A stretch of DNA of 64,000 bases, from IMG/VR virus record IMGVR_UViG_3300013014_000020, positions 1 through 64,000 of that record; one strand, given 5' to 3'. Source of the stretch: a virus. Under the pieces are notes generated by a model. That model was not told the origin of the DNA and did no database searches. It saw only the letters and a program-made list of their open reading frames with translations. Each line of letters opens with the position of its first letter. The first letter of the stretch is position 1. The position numbers and the translations under genes were made by a program. Below are positions 15,006-24,881 of this stretch, one piece after another.

Positions 15006-17200
15006 TCACAAGAAACACAAGATATATTATATTCTATTACCAAATTTGAAATTATTTTTGTATCATTTAATAAATTATACGTTTCCTTTCTACAATTTTT
15101 TTCAATTTCACTACAATCATTTGTTATAGTAATTTTATTATTTGTATAATCTATTATCACTTCACCAATACCAACAAATGTTTCTAAAATGTTTTTTAAT
15201 GCAAGTCCCCAGTCTTGGTCGTTTGGAAAATCATTAAGTCCACTTGAAATATAAAATATGTCTTGTTTTGTTTCTGTACCAACTGTAACCTGGACACTAA
15301 ATTTTGCGTCATTTACAATACAATTTGTATCGCCAGAAGTTAAATCATAGAACCCCTCGTTAAACATTTGTTTGATTCCTCTTTTTCCAATTATCTCAGA
15401 ATTTTGAAAATTACCTTCACAGATTTCAAAAGTTGTATATGTTCCTAAAATTTCAGTACCTTTTAATTTTGTAGTTCTTGTAAATGAACATCCGTTAAAA
15501 TCAATTACGGTACAAGAATAAACCCCAGATGTTAGACCAGTAATAGTAAGACCAGTTTGTGGTCCAACATTTCCAACCCAATTAAATGTAAATGGTGGTG
15601 TTCCACTTGTAATTAAAACATCAATTTCACCATCATTTCCAAATACCGGATTAAATGTAACAAAATCAAAATAAACACTACTTGATGGTGTAATAAATAT
15701 TGGTTTGTTTTGAACACATCCAGTATTATCTGTAACAGATAATGTATAGTTTCCAGATGGAAGGCCATTGAAATTACCGTTAAATTGAAAAGGTATATTT
15801 GTAGGTCCAGATAATGAATAAACTATTGGGAATGTGGCGCCACTAGAAACAGAGACACTAAACCCACCATTTGAAAGTCCGCAAGTAGTTCCAGTTGTTG
15901 TTGCGGAAATTACAAATTTATCAACAGATGAAATACTTGTTGTTCCGGTATAAACACAACCTAAATTATTATCAATAAATAATGTATATGAACCATTACC
16001 TAAAGATGCAAATTGTTTGTAAACACCCCCAACTATGTTTGATATATATGTTCCATTTGCACCAGATAATGTGAATGTATAGTTTCCACTTCCAAAACCA
16101 TTATTAATATAAACATCTAAAATACCATTATTTGCGTTACAATTTGAGTTTGTTGTTATTAAATCAACTGAAGCAAATGAGTTTGGTGGTGAAAGTGTGT
16201 ACTGACCAGTTACGGTACATAATGCTGAATCTGTAACGGAGAATGAAAATTGACCAGAAGATAAACCAGTAAATGTGTAATTTGTATCAAAAGTTACTGA
16301 AACATCGTTGTTTGATCCACTATAATAATATGGTGCCGTTCCACCATCTATTACAACACTTAATTCACCATCTGGTTGTAAACAAGTTGGTTGTTGTGTT
16401 ATAACACTTATAATTTGAATTGGTTGTACCTCATCTATTTGTATATACTCAACATTTGTACATCCTTCAGAATTTGTAATTTCAACAGGGTACAGACCTT
16501 GAGTTAAACCAGTTACGGTAGTACCGGTTTGTCCATTAACATTAGCCAACCAGTTTATTGTGTAAGCACTTGTTGGGTTTGTAAGACCAGTAATGTATAT
16601 TTTTCCATTATTAATTCCTGGTACACACCCAGCAGAATTTACCTTATAATACCCAAATGTAAAATTTGTAGAAGGTTTTATTACACAGGATTCTGAAGTA
16701 CCAGAACAACCACCATAATCAAAAGCGTCAACGTAATATGAATCTGGTGAAAGGTTACTAAAAACAACATAATTTTGTAATGTCGATGTAGTACCACTAT
16801 CAATGTAATTATTTAAAATATCATATAAGTATATCTCGGTTCCATTAACATATGTTTCAGTGGTTGCAGTTATAGAACCATTATTAAGATTACAAGTTGT
16901 TCCTTCACAATTAACAGAAACTGTAACACCAGATGAAATTGTAAATGATAGGTATTGACTTGTTGGTGGTAAATCCGAGTCTTGAATTGTTAAGTTATAA
17001 TTACCAACTGGTAAGTTGTCAACATAATAAAAAGGATCAGAAGAAGTGACTGCAGAAGTTGGTAAGAGACCGCTAATACTAGGCCCTTCGTAGACAATCC
17101 AATCAGGACTACCTCCAACTATTTCAAATTGTAAAATACCAGAAGAAGTGTTGGTACAATCACCAGTAATTAATATTGATGGAAATGTTATAAAACTCAT
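15002..17200 (-). CDS. SprB-repeat virion protein
   Basis: Several repeats of the type TC...NG.I.V....GT.PY.Y......GL..G.Y...VTD...C. Confidence 0.8.
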   Translation of the reverse strand: MSFITFPSILITGDCTNTSSGILQFEIVGGSPDWIVYEGPSISGLLPTSAVTSSDPFYYVDNLPVGNYNLTIQDSDLPPTSQYLSFTISSGVTVSVNCEGTTCNLNNGSITATTETYVNGTEIYLYDILNNYIDSGTTSTLQNYVVFSNLSPDSYYVDAFDYGGCSGTSESCVIKPSTNFTFGYYKVNSAGCVPGINNGKIYITGLTNPTSAYTINWLANVNGQTGTTVTGLTQGLYPVEITNSEGCTNVEYIQIDEVQPIQIISVITQQPTCLQPDGELSVVIDGGTAPYYYSGSNNDVSVTFDTNYTFTGLSSGQFSFSVTDSALCTVTGQYTLSPPNSFASVDLITTNSNCNANNGILDVYINNGFGSGNYTFTLSGANGTYISNIVGGVYKQFASLGNGSYTLFIDNNLGCVYTGTTSISSVDKFVISATTTGTTCGLSNGGFSVSVSSGATFPIVYSLSGPTNIPFQFNGNFNGLPSGNYTLSVTDNTGCVQNKPIFITPSSSVYFDFVTFNPVFGNDGEIDVLITSGTPPFTFNWVGNVGPQTGLTITGLTSGVYSCTVIDFNGCSFTRTTKLKGTEILGTYTTFEICEGNFQNSEIIGKRGIKQMFNEGFYDLTSGDTNCIVNDAKFSVQVTVGTETKQDIFYISSGLNDFPNDQDWGLALKNILETFVGIGEVIIDYTNNKITITNDCSEIEKNCRKETYNLLNDTKIISNLVIEYNISCVSCD

Positions 17201-20200
17201 TGTTCAGTACAAAGTATAGTAAAGTTTATACCTAGCTCAAGGGTAAATATGTCTTCATCGTCAAAAGGTGTGCAATTAACATTATAAATAGTTAACAACT
17301 CTTTATCCGTATTAATATCGTATGTGTACCCATCGTTTTCAAGTTCTGACAACATTGTCTCAACACCATTAACCCATTCTGTGTTAGTAGGGTAATTTTG
17401 ATACCCATATGTCTCACTAAATAAATCGCTTGATAATGTTACACCATTTAATTTTGATATTGCGTACCATTGAACATATAAAGTATCAAGTTGGCACTGA
17501 TCTAAATTAGATAGTCCTTGACTTATTAAGTAGGTATTTAAAGCTGTGGTTAATAAAACACCAAACCTACCACCGATTGGGTTGTATGTCCAAGGATATA
17601 GACCACATCTAAGGAATTGTATTGGACAATCGTATGCAAATAATTGTGTTACTAACGAACAAGGCTTACAAGGAATTGGTACAATCCTACAACCAAATTG
17701 TCTTCTCCATACAAATTTTTGTCTATGGAATATTGAATTTTCTAATCTAACTCCTGTATTCCAAATTGTTGTTGCTGGAACCATTTGTTCTACTAATCTA
17801 ATCCAGTAATCACCAATACCATTAATATAGTCCAACATTGTTTGATAATTAAAATTATCATTTTTTATTCCAGCTAATTGTTGTGATTCTAAATACTTCC
17901 AATATATTGACGATAGTGTTGGGTATCCACCAGTCTTACCGTCTGTAATAAATTGTCTATTTCTAACGTTAATCATATTTCGCCAGAAGGTTTGTGCGAA
18001 CTCAAAGAAAGTTTTTTCTTTTGGTTTTGGTATAATTTCAGTCCAGTCTATACCACCTCTTTTTGGGTAAGGTGTATTTGGGTTTGGATTACAATAAGTT
18101 GGTTGTACGTAATTTAATCCTTGATTTGGAATTGGGAAATTATATTGTCTTGACATACTCCAAACATCGTATACTAAACCAAAACTTGGGTTCAACATAA
18201 CGTCAACATTTTTAACATTCAAAACAAGACAATCATCGGAAGCGTAATAGTATGAATTAAAATTGCCGTCAGAACTTTTTCTTAAATCACTTTCATTATC
18301 ATACCAACTTTTTTTATTATCAATAACTCTTCTAAGTCTAAACCCTAAATCCATATATGGAAACTTCCTATACCTTTGTAGGTATTCTTCACCATAATTA
18401 AATGGTAACAGTTGGGTTTGGTAACTAGGATTTGAACCAGTAAAAACAGATGTTGTTAAGTCTATTTTTTCTGGCATTCTGTGTTGTGGTGTTGATTCAA
18501 ACCAACCACCACCTATTTGGAAATAATAATTTTCACTATCTACTGGTGTGCTTGGACAACCAAAACTATCTATTGGGTAATCTTCTCTAGTTAAAGAAAT
18601 GTCGATTATTTTACTTGATGTTGTAACTCCTGTATATTGCACCCCCATAATAGAATAAACATCTGTTAGGTCTAAAACTGGTATTGATTCAACATATGTT
18701 CCTGTTGCAACAATACTAAACTTAGAATCAAATTCATTTATATTAATTCTTTGATCCGCGATATAAATATATTCATTAAAGTCAACCAAAAAATCTGGTG
18801 CACCAACCAACCTTAAAAGTATTTCTATTGATTTTCTAGTTCCTTTTGATTTGAATAGGAACGCGGAATTTAATATTAAATTTCTAAAGTATTGGTAATT
18901 TATTTCATCTGGTGTTTTACCTACTGGCACGCCACTAAAATTACTTTCACTTGTACTAAAAACAGAATTTAAGAAATTCTCTTCAGTGATTGGTGACATA
19001 TTTATTTTCCAACCCAATGTTTCTGCTAAATTCTTAAGTAATTGTGATGGTATATCATTTTTAACGTTATACCTAACTGAGTTCATTGTTGATAAAGCGT
19101 CAATAAATGTTTTAGTTTCGTCAAAACTTCTTCCGTAAATTTGTAATACTTTTTCAACTTTCTTATCAACAGTGTCAAATTCTTTTATCGATGCCGTTGT
19201 TAAAAATCTAGAAATTAAATTTGTTTTATATAAATCAAGATTTGTTGCAAAACTGTTAAGTTCGGACAAATAATTATCAAATGACCTAGTTTGTAAATCT
19301 AAATTCCAAGGACCGTTTTTTGGAAATCTTAATGCTTTATAACTGAACGTAAAAGTACCATCCTCATTTTCAATTGGAACTGAAAAATAGGACGTATAAA
19401 TTGGTGTGTTATTTCTATTTAATAAGAAGTTTTCTACCTCATCAAAATCTTCGTTAAAAACTTTATTAACATAAAAGTCACTAGGTCTAATTATTATATT
19501 GTCGTAACTCACAGAATTACCAGAAAATGCGTTTCCTTCAATATAAATTGTTAAGACTTGATCTGTATTTGTTACTGGTATTATTTCATTTATTGGGTAA
19601 TGTTTGTCATTTACAATAACCACGTATTTTGAATAATTAGTTTTTAAATTCCTTAAGTTTGAAACAGATAATTCGGTTGCTTGGAAATTTTTTTCAGCAT
19701 TAGTCGTAAAATCAATACCAAATGGATTATTAATGTTTTCTAACTCTAATTCAAGTTTTGTTTCATTTTCAACAGTATTGTAAACAATATTTATTGCTGT
19801 TGTTCCTGTTAGATAGTTTATTCTTGGATTTGTAACCTCAAGGGCTGCTGGAAAAAAATTAATTATTTTTTTAATCGAGGTCGAAATCCTTAATACCAAA
19901 GAACCATATAGTGTAAAGTTTGTAACTTGAGATAAATCGTAATTTGGGTATACCTGGAAATTATTTGCGATAATCATTTTTGACTCTTCGACATTAGAAA
20001 TATTCATAGTGTCGAGTGAGATTGGGTCTGAAAACGAACCAATTTCAAAATTCCTATCTTGTTTTTCTGTAATATTAGTTGTAAAGGCAAAATTTGCTTG
20101 GGTAAGTCCACCACCATCAACTAATTGTAAACCAACTAGATTGTCAGAAAAAGATCCTTGACCGGATGCTTGTGGTGGGCATGTAAACTTATTTATTGCC

Positions 20201-20202
20201 AT
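17197..20202 (-). CDS. baseplate wedge protein (P2 gpI / T4 gp7-like)
   Basis: IPSQLLKNLAETLGW...LFKSKGTRKSIEILLRLVG matches the gpI-type KGT motif; located in the baseplate cluster. Confidence 0.65.
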   Translation of the reverse strand: MAINKFTCPPQASGQGSFSDNLVGLQLVDGGGLTQANFAFTTNITEKQDRNFEIGSFSDPISLDTMNISNVEESKMIIANNFQVYPNYDLSQVTNFTLYGSLVLRISTSIKKIINFFPAALEVTNPRINYLTGTTAINIVYNTVENETKLELELENINNPFGIDFTTNAEKNFQATELSVSNLRNLKTNYSKYVVIVNDKHYPINEIIPVTNTDQVLTIYIEGNAFSGNSVSYDNIIIRPSDFYVNKVFNEDFDEVENFLLNRNNTPIYTSYFSVPIENEDGTFTFSYKALRFPKNGPWNLDLQTRSFDNYLSELNSFATNLDLYKTNLISRFLTTASIKEFDTVDKKVEKVLQIYGRSFDETKTFIDALSTMNSVRYNVKNDIPSQLLKNLAETLGWKINMSPITEENFLNSVFSTSESNFSGVPVGKTPDEINYQYFRNLILNSAFLFKSKGTRKSIEILLRLVGAPDFLVDFNEYIYIADQRININEFDSKFSIVATGTYVESIPVLDLTDVYSIMGVQYTGVTTSSKIIDISLTREDYPIDSFGCPSTPVDSENYYFQIGGGWFESTPQHRMPEKIDLTTSVFTGSNPSYQTQLLPFNYGEEYLQRYRKFPYMDLGFRLRRVIDNKKSWYDNESDLRKSSDGNFNSYYYASDDCLVLNVKNVDVMLNPSFGLVYDVWSMSRQYNFPIPNQGLNYVQPTYCNPNPNTPYPKRGGIDWTEIIPKPKEKTFFEFAQTFWRNMINVRNRQFITDGKTGGYPTLSSIYWKYLESQQLAGIKNDNFNYQTMLDYINGIGDYWIRLVEQMVPATTIWNTGVRLENSIFHRQKFVWRRQFGCRIVPIPCKPCSLVTQLFAYDCPIQFLRCGLYPWTYNPIGGRFGVLLTTALNTYLISQGLSNLDQCQLDTLYVQWYAISKLNGVTLSSDLFSETYGYQNYPTNTEWVNGVETMLSELENDGYTYDINTDKELLTIYNVNCTPFDDEDIFTLELGINFTILCTEQ

Positions 20203-21110
20203 TATCCAGTTATGTTATTGAATGCTTTACTAAAGTCTATATTCGTTCCTCTATCTTGTCTTACCTCAAATAATAATTCATTAAATTGATCACGAATTTC
20301 ATATAGATTGTATTGTTTATAAATGTTATTTTGACTATCGTAAATCGTATAAACACCATCGTCAATGGATTTGGTTTGATTACCATAAAGAGCAATTGCA
20401 AGTGTTGAAATGTCGTGTTCAACAATTTCAATTTCAGTTGTTATTGGATTAAAAAATGTATTTGTTATTAATATATTTTGATTTGGTTGACCAATAAACG
20501 GAATAGCGTTTGGTTTGTTTGTTGGTGAAGATGATGGTGAAAGAGTACAAAAAAGTAAATTTGTAACACCCTCAACGTATCTATATCTTACAGCTTTTTG
20601 TGATGTGTTTGTTAAATTAACATAAACTGGTTCACAATAAAACGAAGATGTTATAAGTCTAAAAAAGTTAGGAATTTTAGTTCCGTTATCATTCAAATAT
20701 TCAACTCTAAAACCAATTAAACCTTGATTAACAAATTTATTTCTAAAAGTACTTGATACGTTATTAATGTCAATTACAATTCCCTGAACATTCGGTAGCG
20801 ATGATAATACACCACAATCTGTTATTTTTGTTCTAATTTCTGCTGGTCTAATATAAAGAGTATATATACCCAATTTATTAAATTGGTCAGCAGGTAATTT
20901 AAGATTGTAAAGTCCACCTAAAATTTCTACATTAGCGTTTCCACCAGTATTAATATTATGAAAATATGGTTTTAGAACAGCCCTAGCGTCTAATTTTGTA
21001 AGTAAAAAATTATCCGTGTCGTCTCTTGACGGTGTGTAATTTAATATAATTTCGACATCTTCTGGACTAACATCTGCTGGTCTTATGGTTCCGTAATTTC
21101 CTGTTGCCAC
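20202..21110 (-). CDS. putative baseplate/virion protein
   Basis: 302-aa ORF with GTG start, preceded by TATTTAT, in the structural cluster. Confidence 0.6.
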   Translation of the reverse strand: MATGNYGTIRPADVSPEDVEIILNYTPSRDDTDNFLLTKLDARAVLKPYFHNINTGGNANVEILGGLYNLKLPADQFNKLGIYTLYIRPAEIRTKITDCGVLSSLPNVQGIVIDINNVSSTFRNKFVNQGLIGFRVEYLNDNGTKIPNFFRLITSSFYCEPVYVNLTNTSQKAVRYRYVEGVTNLLFCTLSPSSSPTNKPNAIPFIGQPNQNILITNTFFNPITTEIEIVEHDISTLAIALYGNQTKSIDDGVYTIYDSQNNIYKQYNLYEIRDQFNELLFEVRQDRGTNIDFSKAFNNITG

Positions 21111-21153
21111 TTTTAATTATTTATAATGTTTATCTTTTAATAAATACGACCTT

Positions 21154-22326
21154 TTAGAATTTTTTGACTCTAAAAAATCCATAACCATACTTAGTTATGT
21201 CTCCCAAGTTATCTATTTCACCAAGTCTCTGCATTGTTTCTAACCCCGAAACCTTACCACGTTCTATAAATAACTCCGATTCAATCGCTGGTTCATCAAT
21301 AACATTGAGCAATGCCTCGTTTTTTGTTATTGCCGATAGTGTGAATAAATCTACATCTATACCATAAGAAGAAATAAAATAAATTGTAGTACCGTCGGAC
21401 AAATCCCAATATAAAATATTGTCTATTGTATATGCGGTATAACTATTTGTTGGGTCTGGACCTAAATAAACACCCTGTGTTCCAGAGTTTCCAGTTATTG
21501 GTATATTAAGTTTAAACTTTCCACCAAATAAATTAAATTTTGGTCCGTAAACAACAAGATCATTCACACTACTTTGTGTAAATCCCGTGATTAAAAAAGG
21601 AACCGTAGTGTAATTACTACTGTCATAGTCAAGAATATTTGTGTTTGAGTCACCGGTAAATATATAATCGTAACTAACTGGTGTTCCAGTCCAGGTACAA
21701 CCTGCTGGTGTAAAATATGCTGTGCCTTGTGGATTATCAATTGTTAAACCAGTATATGGTAATTTAATTGGTTTTTCTACGTTAGATATACCCCAAGGTG
21801 ATTCAGACTTCAATTTAATAACATAATCTTGTGGTGAATTAACATAAGTATGTGTTATTGGTGAACTACTTGTTAAAATCGTTAAAGGTGAGTTATCACC
21901 CCAATCTAATGTGTACTTACTTAGTGCTAAGAATTTTTTAAGTTCTTTTTCTGAAGTATTAAAAAAAGTTACAGTATAAGGCGAACTTGTATCTGCAGAC
22001 CATAAAAAATTAACAATAACATCTTTTTGTAATACGGCACCGTCGAATGGTGTATAATACCCAATATCTATTGCTGTTTGTGTAAAAAGAAGTGGTACTG
22101 TTAAACAAGTAAGTAGTGATTGACCATTTGTTCCGCCAGATAATAAATAATTCATTGGTAAATAATAACCAGTTGTTCCGGTTAGGGTATTTACTGTTGT
22201 TGATGTTATAGGACAACAAGGATCAACTGAAACCGTAATGTCAGTTTCACCAGTGTAGGGTACTTGTACGATATCACCCAATATGTTTTCCCTAGAGATT
22301 TTAAAATAATACTTTTGTTCTTCCAT
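21154..22326 (-). CDS. virion protein with PKD-like domain
   Basis: YTLDWGDNSP...ITHTY...YVIKL PKD-type signature. Confidence 0.65.
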   Translation of the reverse strand: MEEQKYYFKISRENILGDIVQVPYTGETDITVSVDPCCPITSTTVNTLTGTTGYYLPMNYLLSGGTNGQSLLTCLTVPLLFTQTAIDIGYYTPFDGAVLQKDVIVNFLWSADTSSPYTVTFFNTSEKELKKFLALSKYTLDWGDNSPLTILTSSSPITHTYVNSPQDYVIKLKSESPWGISNVEKPIKLPYTGLTIDNPQGTAYFTPAGCTWTGTPVSYDYIFTGDSNTNILDYDSSNYTTVPFLITGFTQSSVNDLVVYGPKFNLFGGKFKLNIPITGNSGTQGVYLGPDPTNSYTAYTIDNILYWDLSDGTTIYFISSYGIDVDLFTLSAITKNEALLNVIDEPAIESELFIERGKVSGLETMQRLGEIDNLGDITKYGYGFFRVKKF

Positions 22327-22327
22327 A

Positions 22328-23146
22328 TTATGGGTTTAAATATTCATACCAGTTTATCGATGAAACATCGGTTCCAACTCTAAGTCCAGTTATTGTATCA
22401 TAAACCTCATATGTTTTTGATGGGTAATTTAAACTAACTTTATAGTAAAAGTAATTTGCTTTATTAAATGTATAGTAATTACCTGATGCCGAAAATATTG
22501 ATTGTGGTCTATTCATCATATTAACAAAAATTCCTCGTCTTGCATTAAAAAATTTAGCGGACATATAAAATTCATTTATGTTTATATAAAAATTCTCACG
22601 TAACCAATAAATGAAAAATCCTTCTTTATCACCAACAAAATCTAATCCCATTTTTGGTTTTCTAATTTGTACGTTCTGTAAAAAAGTTGAAATTGTTACT
22701 GTTTCAAAATCTCCTTGTTGTACCGGTAGTATTATAGAAAAATAATTTTTTTGGTTGGCTTCGTTTGGTGTATCATAAAAATCTAATTTGAAGAATGACT
22801 TTGTAAAAGGTTTTGAAAAATAATAAACGTCTTGTTTTGTAAAATCTTCATACAAATAACTATTGTACCAGGATGTTGAGTTACTTATCGTGTCCCCAGT
22901 ATCAAAAAAATAAAATTCATAGTTTATCTTAGTTAGTATGTCTACATTATTTGTTGCAACATACTGACTATGTGAAAATCTTGAAAGTTCAAAGTCATTT
23001 GGTAATCCAATAAGTTCATCAAGTACTTCACCTTGGTAAGTATCAATAGCTTGATCTCTTTCTGAAAAATCCCATTTCATTTCAATTGGTAAATCGATTT
23101 GTTTACCAATTACTGATTTTACTATTTTATATTTATTCACACTCAT
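22328..23146 (-). CDS. putative virion structural protein
   Basis: 272-aa aromatic-rich ORF in the structural operon. Confidence 0.6.
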   Translation of the reverse strand: MSVNKYKIVKSVIGKQIDLPIEMKWDFSERDQAIDTYQGEVLDELIGLPNDFELSRFSHSQYVATNNVDILTKINYEFYFFDTGDTISNSTSWYNSYLYEDFTKQDVYYFSKPFTKSFFKLDFYDTPNEANQKNYFSIILPVQQGDFETVTISTFLQNVQIRKPKMGLDFVGDKEGFFIYWLRENFYININEFYMSAKFFNARRGIFVNMMNRPQSIFSASGNYYTFNKANYFYYKVSLNYPSKTYEVYDTITGLRVGTDVSSINWYEYLNP

Positions 23147-24881
23147 CTTCTGTTGGTTGTTGTATTTGTGTTATATCCGGTTGATTTATACCCTCATAGA
23201 ATAACCTAAAAATTGTTGTATTAAAAGGATAGTGTTTTCCGTTTGTAAATGGATAATCAACACCTAATCCAGAAGAATCTACATAACCATAAGGATATAT
23301 ATCTCTCCATCTAAAACCATTTGAACTATTTGAATAAAATGCCCAATTTGGTATTCCTGTAACAACATTCGCGTCGCCTTCTTCAACGTATTCAGAAAAA
23401 ACTCTAATTGTTACTGGATTGTGTGGGTAATAGTAATAACCAAGTTGATTAGTTAATGAAAATAAATCATACTGTGTAAACCAATTTTGGTTAAATGTAA
23501 ATTTGTGAACTTTACGTGAGACAATCCTTTCTTCTTGTGTAAAGTCATTCCACTCGCAAAAATCCCCATATAATAAATCATTTTTTTGTAAATCACTATT
23601 GTAATAAAAAAGACCAGAACCTAAATTTGATGTGTAAGAAATATTTGCTATGTTTGTATCTGATAGACCATTATTTAAATCCCAATAAATAGATGGGGTG
23701 TTATTCTGTAAAGGCATATTAAATTCATAACCTTCTCTTAATTTATTTGTCCAACCCCAATATCCTTTCCAAACACTTGTAAAGTATAACTCACTTATTG
23801 GTCTATTTTGATTATCCTTTAATGTTGCAATATTGATATCTCGATTAAATGATAACGTATAACATTGTGAACCTTCAACTATTGATGTTCTTGGGCAAGT
23901 TGGTGGTGTTAGGATTTGAAGTGGCGTTCCTCCGGACAAAACTTTTTCAAATTGCGTTTTTAAGTTAAATATATTTTCTTCAAAACCAGATTTTGTTAAA
24001 ATAGCATCGCTAACTTCTGTTAAAATTTTGTTAACTTTAACATAATATTTTGACATTGTTTCAGCTGAATTTACCGGGTCTAAAACTTTCTTTAAATTAC
24101 CAGTATTTCCTGGATTAAAATTTGTTGTTAAATAACCAATGTCAAATACGTTAAATATATATTCTCCACTACCAGAACCACCATCACCAAGGGAGTCAAC
24201 CTCAAATAAATCTGTGCCATTATACGTGAATGGTAACTGGACGTATTGACCAGAACTTAATCCGTGTTTCATTGGACATCTAAATGTAATTAAATTATTA
24301 ACTCTTGATGTGATTAAATATGGTATTCCGTCTTGGGCTTGAAAAGTCCAAGTTGCAATTGTTTGTGGGTCATGAACATATAATGTTTTTGTGTAGTCGT
24401 TTGAATATGGATATGACATATAATGCGTCCAATTGTATGTTGATGCGCTTTTGTTTATAAAAATTTGATGGTTATTAACACCAGAAGTGTAACCAACTTG
24501 GTTATTATCAGTTCTTATAAAATCAAATTCAGAATATTGTGGAAAACCATACCATTCAATAGGTGTAAACCCACAAGCAATTTTTTCAGTTGTTTGAGTA
24601 ATATTTGTATATGCTAGGTAATCAACATATGGTTGATAAGTGGTACTTCCAGAATATTTGTTTTTTATTATTAGATTATATTTTGTACTTGGTCTAAAAA
24701 TATTAGACGATTCTCTTTCATTAACAAAAGTTTCTTCGAGATTAACATCTATATATCTTTCATACTCAACTTGTTCGTGTGATGTTTGTTCAAGAACAAT
24801 TTTTTGTTGACCATCAAGTACTGGTGCACCCTGATATCTTTTGTTACTTTGTACTATTAAAGTTGGATTATCTATTGGCAT
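23133..24881 (-). CDS. putative virion structural protein
   Basis: 582-aa ORF overlapping its neighbours; contains an HGL..G..V small beta-module of the kind seen in tail proteins. Confidence 0.6.
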   Translation of the reverse strand: MPIDNPTLIVQSNKRYQGAPVLDGQQKIVLEQTSHEQVEYERYIDVNLEETFVNERESSNIFRPSTKYNLIIKNKYSGSTTYQPYVDYLAYTNITQTTEKIACGFTPIEWYGFPQYSEFDFIRTDNNQVGYTSGVNNHQIFINKSASTYNWTHYMSYPYSNDYTKTLYVHDPQTIATWTFQAQDGIPYLITSRVNNLITFRCPMKHGLSSGQYVQLPFTYNGTDLFEVDSLGDGGSGSGEYIFNVFDIGYLTTNFNPGNTGNLKKVLDPVNSAETMSKYYVKVNKILTEVSDAILTKSGFEENIFNLKTQFEKVLSGGTPLQILTPPTCPRTSIVEGSQCYTLSFNRDINIATLKDNQNRPISELYFTSVWKGYWGWTNKLREGYEFNMPLQNNTPSIYWDLNNGLSDTNIANISYTSNLGSGLFYYNSDLQKNDLLYGDFCEWNDFTQEERIVSRKVHKFTFNQNWFTQYDLFSLTNQLGYYYYPHNPVTIRVFSEYVEEGDANVVTGIPNWAFYSNSSNGFRWRDIYPYGYVDSSGLGVDYPFTNGKHYPFNTTIFRLFYEGINQPDITQIQQPTEDECE

